From Octopus sinensis (taxonomy: Eukaryota), in NCBI RefSeq assembly GCF_006345805.1, contig NC_043017.1:20336001-20400000 (forward strand): DNA of 64,000 nt. Direction: 5' to 3'. Positions 12,578-22,869 of the stretch are shown here, one piece after another (the stretch's first letter is position 1; each line of letters begins with the position of its first letter). Made by a program: the position numbers and the translations under genes. The notes below the pieces were generated by a model. That model made no database searches. It saw only the letters and a list, made by a program, of their open reading frames with translations, and was not told the DNA's origin.

Positions 12578-12802
12578 GGTCTTTCAGTATGTGACCTCGT
12601 CTGTACAACTGGCGATTTTTTTTTTCCTCTGTCTTCCCTTCTCGGGATCTTTCCTTCTCCTATGTTTCCGACGAAGAGCTCCACTCGAAACGTTAAACCC
12701 TCCTTCTTCCCTTCTTTCCTGAGCGTCCAATAATACTTAATTTGTTCCACGTCCTTGCGTTGTTGTGTTTTTTTGTTTTTGTTTTCTTATTTGGATTAAC
12801 TT
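12578..12802 (+). mobile_element. (TA)n-embedded short element carrying a minimal hammerhead (Penelope-like LTR/retrozyme type)
   Basis: TA tracts on both sides; internal HHR fold at 12664-12698. Confidence 0.7.
12664..12698 (+). ncRNA. Minimal type I hammerhead-like motif, core CCGACGA (U4C variant)
   Basis: GTTT CCGACGA A GAG ctcca CTC GAAA CG T T AAAC: stem I 4 bp, stem II 3 bp, palindromic ACGT replaces helix III. Confidence 0.6.
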
Positions 12803-12819
12803 TATATATATATATATAT

Positions 12820-12945
12820 GGCGTAGGGGTTAAAAGCGTGGGCTACTAACTCCAAGATTCCGAGTTCGATTCCAGGCAGTGACCTGAATAATAATAATTA
12901 ACAACGGCGGTGCATCAGCATGGCCGCAGCTCTGAGTTGAAACTA
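12820..12945 (+). mobile_element. tRNA-derived SINE remnant (tRNA-like head plus 3' end, internally deleted)
   Basis: ggcgtaggggttaaaagcgtgggctactaactcc...gagttcgattcc B-box; cagcatggccgcag 3' motif like family B. Confidence 0.65.
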
Positions 12946-12946
12946 A

Positions 12947-12977
<31 letters not shown>

Positions 12978-13444
12978 TACATAAATACATACACACACAC
13001 TGGTGATGCCCTACAACCAGGCTTTGACTTTTTCGATCCAAAGGCTTTTCCTTTTGTTTTTTAACCCAGTATTCATGAGCTCTTGTTTATAGCTTTTCTG
13101 CTTTGAGTTCAACCATTAAAGACATATAAGTACACACACATACACAGACCATGTATCTATATTTACTTAATTTGCTCGGATAAATAAGCATCTAATGCAG
13201 TAGATGGCTTGCCTTGATGTTATTTTCAAGGTTTATTAGTTTCAAGATAGTTTCAAGTCTTATTTAGTTTACTCTGGATTCATAAAGATCATAATAAGCA
13301 CACACACACCACTATTGCACGTATGCACATGCATGCACATATGAATGCATGCACATACACTCACACACATATATACAGGTCTGATCATGTAGCAGAAATA
13401 ATCCTGGAATATCATATTATCTTTAGAAAACAAAACTTGCGCTG

Positions 13445-13812
13445 TGTGTATGTGTGATTACATGTGCATGTAGGAATGGGTGTGAGACTACATGTGCATG
13501 TGGGAATGTGTGTGTAACTGCGAGTAAATGTAGGAATATGCGTGTGTATGATTATGTGTGCATGTGGGAATGGGTGTGAGACTACATGTGCATGTGGGAA
13601 TGTGTGTGTAACTGCGAGTAAATGTAGGAATATGCGTGTGTATGATTATGTGTGCATGTGGGAATGGGTGTGAGACTACATGTGCATGTGGGAACGTGTG
13701 TGTAACTGTGAGTAAATGTAGGAATGTGCATGTGTATGATTATGTGTGTATGTGGGAATGGGTGTGAGACTACATGTGCATGTGGGAATGTGTGTGTGTG
13801 TGAGTGCGAGTA
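13445..13812. repeat. Higher-order minisatellite, 94-bp unit x ~4, built of three ~26-36-bp subunits ending in RGGAAT
   Basis: ggaatgggtgtgagactacatg at 13473, 13567, 13661 and 13755. Confidence 0.95.
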
Positions 13813-14087
13813 AATTTTAAAAAAAATTCTGATGGAAGGTTGTGTATTAGAACCAGGGATAAACTATGGTAAGTCAGTATCAAAAGGTTTAAGAAGCTTC
13901 TAAGTTGGTAGGTAAGGAGCCAGAAGATCGGATTCAAATGTTTGCCATTCTGTAAAAGACATAGAAGGATCAACTTAACGATTCTTAATTAACCCTTTTG
14001 TTTGCATATTTCTGTTGAAATATTGGGTCATCCCATAAATAATGCAGTTTTTTCAGTTGCATGAACTAAAAGTTGGATGGGTTAAAC

Positions 14088-14306
14088 CAGTGCTTTTCAA
14101 ACGTTTTGCTGGAGCGGAACCTCAAGGAAACATTCCACTGGCTCAAGGAACCCCTGTGCAATAATTCAATAGTCTTATGCACACATATCTGCACAGGAGA
14201 ATTAAAGATTACTGCCGATTTTAGCAGTTTTGTAACTTCTTGCGGAACCCCTGGACTGTACTGGCAGAACCCTAAGGTTCCACGGAACCCTGGTTGAAAA
14301 CCACTG
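14088..14306. mobile_element. hAT (Charlie-like) MITE
   Basis: TIRs cagtgcttttcaa / ttgaaaaccactg; perfect 8-bp TSD ggttaaac at 14080-14087 and 14307-14314. Confidence 0.93.
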
Positions 14307-14424
14307 GGTTAAACTACCTGCATCAACTTGCTATAAAAGCAGGTAGTAGTTTTAACCTTGCCCTTATTCTTAGTACAAGTTTTGAAGAGTGCCGTTCAAT
14401 GTTTACAATTATTTTTTCAAAGCT

Positions 14425-14580
14425 ATAATGGGAGTGACAAAGGAGCATATTCAGCACAAGGCTTTGGTCAACCTGAGGCTATTGTAGAAGATACTTGCGT
14501 GAGGTGCCATGCGGTGGGACTGAACCTGGAATCATGTGGTTGGGAAGCAAGCTTCTTACCACACAGCCTCGCCTACACCT
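14425..14580 (-). mobile_element. SINE family B, 5' half
   Basis: ggctattgtagaagatacttg...gtgggactgaacctggaatcatgtggttgggaagcaagcttcttaccacacagcc. Confidence 0.85.
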
Positions 14581-14915
14581 ACAGGCTTTACTCATAAAGC
14601 TTCTCAGTATTTCAAGCCCTCCACATAACCCAAAAACTCACTGATGGCAGAGACAGGACTAGGTTTGTAGGAGTTCATAAATATGTCTTGTGCTTCTAAC
14701 AGTATTAATAATTGCTATAAAAATAATGAAAATAAACGGTTAAGGGAAGAAGACGATAAAGAAAATGGCGGGGGCATTAATATAAATTTGGAACGTATTT
14801 AAATGAGAAAAAATAAGGAATACAGCATTATATGTTGTGTGTATAGTAAAACATCAAAATATACTGAAAACATTCCCTCTCCCTCTCTCTATGTATATGT
14901 GTGTATATATATATA

Positions 14916-14951
<36 letters not shown>

Positions 14952-15213
14952 CACACATCTAAATGCACAGGTACATATATGTATGCACCCACGTGTACAT
15001 ATACACATGTATATATATATTATTTAATGATGTATAAATATCTTATACATTAATACGCACACACACACATTAATATATATATATCTATATATATTATGTT
15101 ATATCATATTCATAAAGGAAATGGTACCTGAAAATGTCAGAGAATTTACCATTTTCAGTAGATTGCAGATATGGAATTTATGATTACCAAAAGTATATCA
15201 AATATAATACATG

Positions 15214-15244
<31 letters not shown>

Positions 15245-15429
15245 GAATATATATGCACACAGATGTAATGTAGCAGACAGCACCAGCAACAACAACAATA
15301 ATCCGATATAAAGATGCATTCAGGAAACTTTAGAGGTGAGTCACTATTTTTTGGTAACGCTACCTCCAAGATGGTTCTTAACATTGCTGTAACTTTGGTG
15401 CAGGAATATGGAAGGAATATGACAACAGT

Positions 15430-17010
15430 GTGTATGTATGTGTATCTATGTCTGCTTGAATGTTTGTGATCTTAAGTGTGTGTGTGTGTGTTTATGTGTG
15501 CAAGTGTATTCATGTGTGCATGTGTGTGTATATGTGCATATGTGAATGCTTGCATGTGCTTTCTGTTTGTGTGTGAACATGTGTGTATTGTATGTTTTAG
15601 TGTGTGTGTGTGTTTGTGTGTGTGTGCATGCATTTGTGTATGTGTATACTTTATGCTTGTGTGTGAGAGAGTATTTTCCTTTACGGGTGTGTATGTGTCT
15701 ATGTATCTATGTATGTACATGCATGAATATATGTGTATTGTATATAAGTGCATGAATCTGCGTGTATGTATGTGTATATGTGAGCATTAGTGCATTTGTC
15801 TATGAACCTATGAGTCTGTGTGTGTGGTGTGTGTGTGTGTGTGTGTATGTATGTGTGGCTTTGTATGCATGTTTGTGTCTATGAAACTGTTTATGGATGT
15901 TTCTGTGAGGTTGTGTGCATATGTGCATGTATGCATCTATGTGTGTATTAATGGTAACGTTTGTGTATGTGTATGTGTGTGTGTCTGTGAGTGTTTGTGC
16001 TTCTAGTTGTTAATGTGTCTAGCAATATATTTATTAAAATCTGTGTGCGTGTGTGTCTGTCTGTGTGTTTGCATGCGCCTGCACATATGTGCAAGCCTGC
16101 ATGCTTGACTGCACACTGCCAAAATACCCATCAATCTCCCTCTTCCTTTCCTTTGCTACCTATAGCGTGTTAATCCTCTCCCTCCACGCCATTCCAGTCC
16201 TATAAAACTCTTAAAAGTTCTCCAGATCTCTGTCGGAAAAACGGAGCCGTCTGCTTATCGATGGGACTGCAGTATTTCAGTTGGAGTCCTCCCTGTTACA
16301 GGGATTAGCACAGCAGGTGTGTGTGTGTGTGCGTGTGTGTGTATGTGTATGTGTGGGTGGGTATTAGTCTGTGTGTGTGTGCGTGTGGGTATTAGTGTGT
16401 GTGCATGAATACTAGTGTGTGTGTATGTGTGTGGGTATTAGTGTGTGTGTGTATTTGTATGTGTGGGTATTAGTGTGTGTGGGGGTATTAGTGTGTGTGT
16501 GTGTGTGTATGTGTGTGTCTGTGTCTCTGTGTGTGTGTGGGTGGGTATCAGTCTATGTGTGTGTGTGTGGGTATTAGTGTGTGTGCATGAATACTAGTGT
16601 GTGTGTATGTGTGTGGGTATTAGAGTGTGTGTGTATTTGTATGTGTGGGTATTAGTGTGTATGTGTGTGTGTGTCTGTGTGTGTGGGTATTAGTGTGTGT
16701 GGGGGTATTAGTCTGTGTGTGTGTGTGTATTAGTCTGTGTGTGGGGGTATTAGTCTCTGTGAGTGTGTATATGAGTGCATGTATGGGTATTTGTTTGTGT
16801 GTGTATTAGTGTGTGTGTATGTGGGTATGGTGGCACTTGTGTATAAGTGGATGCGTGTGATAATGTGTGTGTGTGTGTAGTTTGTGTGCATGTATGTAAA
16901 TGTTTTTGCATTTGTGTGTGTGTTCTGATGTGTGAGTTGGCATGTGCTTGTATGCGATAATGTGCACACTACCCTCTGTGTGTGTGTGTGTGTGCGTGTG
17001 TATGTGTGTG
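15430..17010. repeat. TG-rich simple-repeat domains (15430-16110, 16320-17010), the second with a recurring gggtattag motif and a ~184-bp duplication
   Basis: Direct reading; gcatgaatactagtg occurs twice ~184 bp apart. Confidence 0.9.
16166..16316 (+). CDS. Candidate internal exon (151 nt, phase 0 to 1), product unknown
   Basis: Strong acceptor ctcttcctttcctttgctacctatag, donor cag|gtgtgt, single open frame RVNPLPPRHSSPIKLLKVLQISVGKTEPSAYRWDCSISVGVLPVTGISTA; island of unique sequence between two microsatellites. Confidence 0.3.
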
Positions 17011-17192
17011 TGTATTTTCACTATTCACAGAAGAAAATTACCCTCCCGGCCGCCTCATGCAAACGCATTTAATACCTAATAAGAAACCCAATTCCAAAGA
17101 TGCGGACAATGGCATTGACGTCTTCTATGATAACAATTAGTCATGATGGCTGTTGGTTTGGAAAGAATCTTGCTATGTGTGTGTGTATTAGG

Positions 17193-17234
<42 letters not shown>

Positions 17235-17236
<2 letters not shown>

Positions 17237-17386
17237 TAAAAACAGTAAGATAACAAAAGAAAGAAAGAGACCTCAATAAGATGGCCAGATAACCGAAGAG
17301 ATGGTGTTGTGGATTTCCACCTCAGCATCCGAAACTCAGAGTTTTATCTTGGCTATTGAATAATTGTCACATATTATTTTACAGAG

Positions 17387-17392
<6 letters not shown>
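17235..17392 (+). mobile_element. (TA)n-embedded ~160-bp element with hammerhead-like fold (second copy at 58811-58972)
   Basis: ggtaaaaacagtaaga...gaaagagacctc...gccagataac(c/t)gaagagat...gaaactcagagttttatcttg(g/a)ctattgaataat shared by both copies, each flanked by TA tracts. Confidence 0.85.
17281..17356 (+). ncRNA. Type I hammerhead-like motif with 12-bp bulged stem I
   Basis: atggccagataa CCGAAGA GATG...CATC c GAAA CTCAGAG T T ttatct(t)ggctat. Confidence 0.55.
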
Positions 17393-17461
<69 letters not shown>

Positions 17462-17463
<2 letters not shown>

Positions 17464-17652
17464 TAGATCGTTAGCTCCTACATGCATTTTTTTCTCTCCT
17501 TGTTTCTTTTCTGTGTATCTTTCTGTCGAAGAGCGTAGGCTCGAAACGTAAAAGACTTGTTCTATTTCTATTCCTGAGCGCCATACTAATACAATTGTTT
17601 GTTTGTACTCCACCTACCTTCATCTTTTGTTTATTTTCGTAAACCTTCCCAT
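17462..17652 (+). mobile_element. (TA)n-embedded element with a mutated minimal hammerhead (17518-17555)
   Basis: TCTTT CTGTCGA A GAGC gtag GCTC GAAA CG T A AAAGA; downstream ttcctgagcg also occurs in the 12.6-kb element. Confidence 0.7.
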
Positions 17653-17838
17653 TATATATATACACATATGTATACACATATACATATACATATATATATA
17701 TCAGAAGTATTGGTATCCAGAAGACCCATGATGGCAGGTAAGGCTATGTAAGTGCTATGGGAGGACCATAGTTAGACTCTCAGTTTGATAATAGTAGGAG
17801 TGAGGAGTCTAATGTGGGTCTTGTGTGAGCATGTATAA

Positions 17839-17974
17839 GTTAAATGAAATGAGACAACAAAGCCATGGCTGTGAGGAAATTATAGGACATTTATAAATGT
17901 CCTATAAATGTCCTCTTTATAAATGTCCTATAAATTCCATACAGCCTTGACTTTGTTGTCTCATATCATTTAAC
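17839..17974. mobile_element. Palindromic fold-back element (MITE-like)
   Basis: ~59-bp arms with 6 mismatches; perfect 26-bp palindrome tataggacatttataaatgtcctata at 17881-17906. Confidence 0.8.
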
Positions 17975-17999
17975 ACACACACACACAAAGACACATGAT

Positions 18000-18290
18000 G
18001 AACTCTCCCACTGAAAATTATGTCTGAGCTGTCAGCTTTTGCCAAACGACCTGCGCAAATGATTTGTTTCTAGTGATTGAAGGCTTGTGCTACACATCAG
18101 CTCACTCCCTCCGTCAAATCAATGTAACCTGAACATGGTCATGGTGTACCACACATCATGTGTCAAAGTGATCACAGGGCAATTTAAAATGAAGTGTTTT
18201 GCTCAAGAGCACAATACACCACCCAGTCGAGGAATTGAAACTCCGATCTCACAATCATGCAACACCCAAACCATTAAGCCATGCATCCTA
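18000..18290 (-). mobile_element. tRNA/CORE-like SINE family E (other copy 26165-26440 +)
   Basis: Reverse complement gcatggcttaatggtttgggtg...ttgtgctcttgagcaaaacacttca...gtgatcactt...caggttacattgatttga...aaatcatttgcgcag aligns with the 26.2-kb copy. Confidence 0.7.
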
Positions 18291-18657
18291 AAACACATAC
18301 ACATTTATAGACTTTAATATTTCACTTAGGTAAGATGGCTCGCTGGCAGAATTGTTAGCATGCTGGGAAAAATGCTCAGTGGAATTTCCTTCAAATTCTA
18401 CTGAGATCAACCTTGATTTTCATTCTTTTGGGGGTTAAAAATTTACTATTTTTAAATCACACAATGATAGATATTCAGCAACAGTACTTTGTAGTAAAGA
18501 TTGTTTGACAACATAACATGGCAGTCCTGGTTTAGGACGAATGTTGCTGTAATTTAGCCCCAAGAGACATTGTCTCCAACTGGCTATACGACACGATCTG
18601 TGTCTTTATATTTTCGAATAAGGGTATCTAGCACCCCCTACTCAGCTCAAAACAATA

Positions 18658-18700
18658 TCTGTGTATCACGATTTCTGGGTTATTTCTCTTCATCAGCAGA
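18658..18700 (-). pseudogene. Decayed type I hammerhead-like motif
   Basis: TCTG CTGATGA AGAG AAATAA CCCA GAAA TC GTGA TA CA CAGA; same spacing and loops as the 34653 motif but stem II and U16.1 broken. Confidence 0.4.
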
Positions 18701-19319
18701 GAATAACTGTTCAGCTAGAGGTGACGCTGCCAAATTCCTGTTTGAATTTTTGGAGGTTGATGAAATAAATAAGTACCTTTTGAATACTGGGGGTTGATGT
18801 AATTGACTAACCCACCTCCCCTTAACTTGCTGGCCTCGTGCCCAAATCTGAAACCAATATCTGCATTCCAGGCTGGTATGGCTTGAAGACACGTACTCAA
18901 TCATCATCTTTCAATGTTCCTGTTCTATGTTGGCATGGGTTGGACAGCTTAACAGGATCTGACAATTTGGAGGCCTGTAACATGTCCTAATATCTGCCTT
19001 GGCATCGGTTCTACATAGCTGGGGGCCCTTTCTAATACCAACCACTGTACGACATGTACTGGGTGCTTTTTGCATGACACCAGCAATAGTGAGGTCCCCC
19101 CCCCCATGTAGCTAATGAAACCAAGATCCCTTTTCAACTGAGTAAGACTACTGTAAGGAAAGAGAAGTGTCGCAAAGCTGCTTGGTAACGAAAGACAGAA
19201 GTATGAAGGAAGGAGGCTGAATGGGTTTCTTGCTGGAGGGGAGATACAAAGAGTGGGGCAAGAGGGATCAGTGTAGAGCTTGAAAGAGTGATGCGGATGG
19301 TATGTAACTTAATTGAGAA

Positions 19320-20180
19320 ACAGCACTCATGATGATGCTGATGATGATGACGATGATGATGACGATGATAACTATGATGATGATGATGATTATGATGATG
19401 ACGATGATGATGATGAGGATGATGACAATGATGATGATGATGATGATGATGACGATGATGACTATGATGATGATTATGACTATGATGATGGTGCCTATGA
19501 TGATGATGATTATGATTATGATGACAACGATGATGACATCGACAATGATGATGATGATGATGATGCCTATGATGATGGTGATGATGATAAGATGTGTTGT
19601 GGTGATAAGGACGACAAACAGGATAACAGTGCTGAGGTAATGATGTTGTCAACAGAGATGGTGGTGATGATGATGATGAGTGTAATGTTGGTGATGGTCA
19701 CAATGACATTGTGAGTGATGATCAGAACGATAACAATAATAATGGTAAGGATAACAATGGAGATAACGATGACAACAGAGATGCTGGCGGTGACAGTGAT
19801 GCAGAGGACGATAAGGATCATTGGAATAAGGACGGTAACGAGATTATGATGATGGTGAAGTCTACGACAACGATGGTAATGGTGATGATGATGACGATAG
19901 TGATGATGGTGTTAATGATGATGATGATGTTGATGGCGATGATGATGAAAATGTTGCCATTGAAGATGATGACAACAATGATGGCGATGATGATGGTGAT
20001 GATAACAATGATGATGACAATGATGATGATGATGGTGATGACAATGAAAGTGCTAATGATGTGACGAAGGTGGTGATGAAGCAGTGACAATGATAGTCAT
20101 GTTAATGATGGCATAGGGGAAGAAACTGATGACCACAACAACAAGAGTAATGGCAAGAACAGCGATGCAGATAATGATGG
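19320..20180. repeat. Long degenerate (GAT)n microsatellite
   Basis: Direct reading; source of the poly-D/M/H/I ORFs. Confidence 0.97.
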
Positions 20181-21128
20181 TAATAGAAATATTTTATCAA
20201 ATGAGGAAACCAAATTCTATTAGTCATTTCGCTTCATTGATTGGTATGATTTGTTTTACACAATCAGATTACTCTGAACATTTGTCTTCGTAGCAAGATG
20301 AATAAAGAATCCTGGTCTGTGACTTGAAGCAGTTTCGTTTCCTTTTAGACGATTCCTTCGTATAATGTCGAAAACAATTACTTGATTGAAAATCTGATTC
20401 GTTAATTAAGAGAGAAAAATCAGCTTGTTTAAAAATTGCATTATATAATAGGAAGCCACAGATAATTCAGTTCTGCAGATTCTTTAACCAATTTCTCATT
20501 CCTTTTGAGATTTTTCTGTGATTCTGCCACACAAGCAATCGAATGTCTTCAAAACAATTAATTTAACCCTTTTTCAGATAATATTTTTAATTAAAAACAC
20601 ACTTTAGAAGGTAGCTGGCTAACAGGCAGTGCAGTTAGAGTGTTGGATAAAATACCTTATGGTGTTTGTTGTGAGGATCAGCACTAAGGGTTCAAATCCT
20701 ACTGAAGTCAACTTTGCTGTTTATTCTTTTCGAGTCGATGGAAAAGTAAGTACCAAACCAAGGCAGTGGATATATGGAACAATTAAAAGGTCCAGTTATG
20801 TGTTTTGTCAAGCCTGTTCTGGTTCTTTGAAATCCCTCAGCAACATCTGAGATGACACAGATGCCAAGATGCATGGACCATGTGTTTGGCCTTTTCCTTG
20901 GATAAACACCCATGGAGTAAACAGAGGAGATTTGTATGTATGGGCCAAAAAATTTTGCCGGGACTGCAAATAAATAGGCAGATATACAGGTCAATACTGA
21001 CCGATAGAGGCCCAGGTGAGGAATAATGTCACACTTTTAATGGACATGTTTCTTAATGGCAAATACACTGTTGATGTGTTCCACTTCATTTCACAATCAT
21101 TTTTGTTCTTAATATTTATTCTGATGAA

Positions 21129-21547
21129 GAAGGTGGTGAGCTGGCAGAAACATAAGCATGCCAGAGAAAATGCTTGGTGGTATTCCATCTGTTTTACACT
21201 GAGGTCAACTTTGCCTTTCATCCTTTTGGGGTCGATAAATTAAGCTGTGTACTGGAGTCAATCTAACTGACTGGCCCCCTCCCCAAAAATTTTGGGCCTT
21301 GTGCCTAGAGTAGAAAAGAATATTTATTATATTAAGGCAGCAAGCTGGCAGAATCGTTAGCATGTCAGGTGAAATGCTTAACAGTATTTTATTTGCCCTC
21401 ATGTTCTGAGTTCAAATTCTGCCAGGGTTGAATTTGCCTCTCATCCTCAAGGGGTCAATAAAATAAGTACCAGTTGAACACTGGGGTTGATGTAATCAAC
21501 TTACCACTTCCCTAGAAATTGCTGGCCTTTTGCAAAAATTTGAAGCC
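21129..21547 (+). mobile_element. Tandem pair of family-A SINEs bracketed by an 18-bp direct repeat
   Basis: aatatttattctgatgaa at 21111-21128 and 21548-21565; two gctggcagaa...gcctttcatcc monomers in between. Confidence 0.85.
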
Positions 21548-22172
21548 AATATTTATTCTGATGAATAAAAATAAATCTACAAAACATTTTCCACAAAGGT
21601 TTCATTTAATGAATTTTCATGTTTCATTTAAAGTTTGTTTTTAATAATCAACCATTTGCAAGGATTTTGCAAAATAACAAACTTTTTCAACTTTTTGTTG
21701 TGACAAAAAGTTTCTTAATTAAAATGACAAAAACTTTTAATTAAAAACGCAAATAATTTAGAATTAAATTTTGTACTATAGAAGCAGAGCAGTCTCAGAC
21801 AGATTTGGTGTCTAAAGAGTTAACTTTGTTGGATGAGATGTTATCTAAATTTGTCAGTGCCATTATTGTCCTTTGAATATCCAGTTTTCTGTGTCTTGCA
21901 TGAATCAAATGGAAATCATGGCAGATTTTCTATGGCTGGATGCTCTTCCGGTTATTCACTCTCAACTGCTTCCAAAAGCAATATTTCTGCATGGCCAAGC
22001 ATGTTTCAATGGAACATTGGAAATGAAGAACACAGCTTCTGTAATGGTGACACTCATGCATGACTATGATGTGATATCAAAACAAGAACACACACAAACC
22101 TTGGGCTTCTTTCAGTTTCCATATCAAGTGACTTACAAAGTTTTGGTTGGCCTGTGGCAATAGTAGAATACT

Positions 22173-22403
22173 TATTTCTTTACTACCCACAAGGGGCTAA
22201 ACACAGAGAGGACAAACAAGGATAGACAAACGGATTAAGTCGATTGTATCGACTCCAGTGCAGAACTGGTACTTATTTAATCGACCCCCGAAAGGATGAA
22301 AGGCAAAGTCAACCTCGGTGAAATTTGAACTCAGAACGTAACGGCATACGAAATACGGCTACGCATTTCGCCTGGTGTGCTAACGTTTCTGCCAGCTCGC
22401 TGC
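22173..22403 (-). mobile_element. Family-A SINE, full length, with 15-bp TSD
   Basis: caatagtagaatact at 22158-22172 and 22404-22418. Confidence 0.92.
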
Positions 22404-22869
22404 CAATAGTAGAATACTGTGTGACTGAACTTGATAACATGTGGTTGGGAGACAAACTTCTTATCCACATAGCCATACCTGTGTTTAACCATGTAGAACA
22501 ATTTAATGATGTAAGGTTACTGTCATAATTATGAGAAGCATCGACATATTTAAAATCTCTCTTAACACACCAAATTACACACTGACTTGCATTGCTGAAA
22601 ATCATAGCTAATTTAATTTCGAAATCTTATTTAATCAATCAATCATTTCCTTTTATTGTCTTGTGTTAACCAAAGTGGTTGAATGTTTCAAAAATAATTC
22701 AACTCTTTCATGGCCACACATTAATTTTGATGGTGTTGTTGATGTGCTTCCCTTCGTCTCTCAACCAGTTTTGCTTTTTACATTTATTTCATTAAAGATG
22801 AAAAAGCAACAAAACATTCAACAGAAATCCTCTGATCATTATGAAAACATGAAAATAAACGCTGTTTGA

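Noticed and set aside
12820-12885. Functional tRNA gene
   Set aside because: tRNA-like A/B boxes are present but the acceptor stem cannot be completed and a SINE 3' end follows; the same applies to the head at 62383-62443
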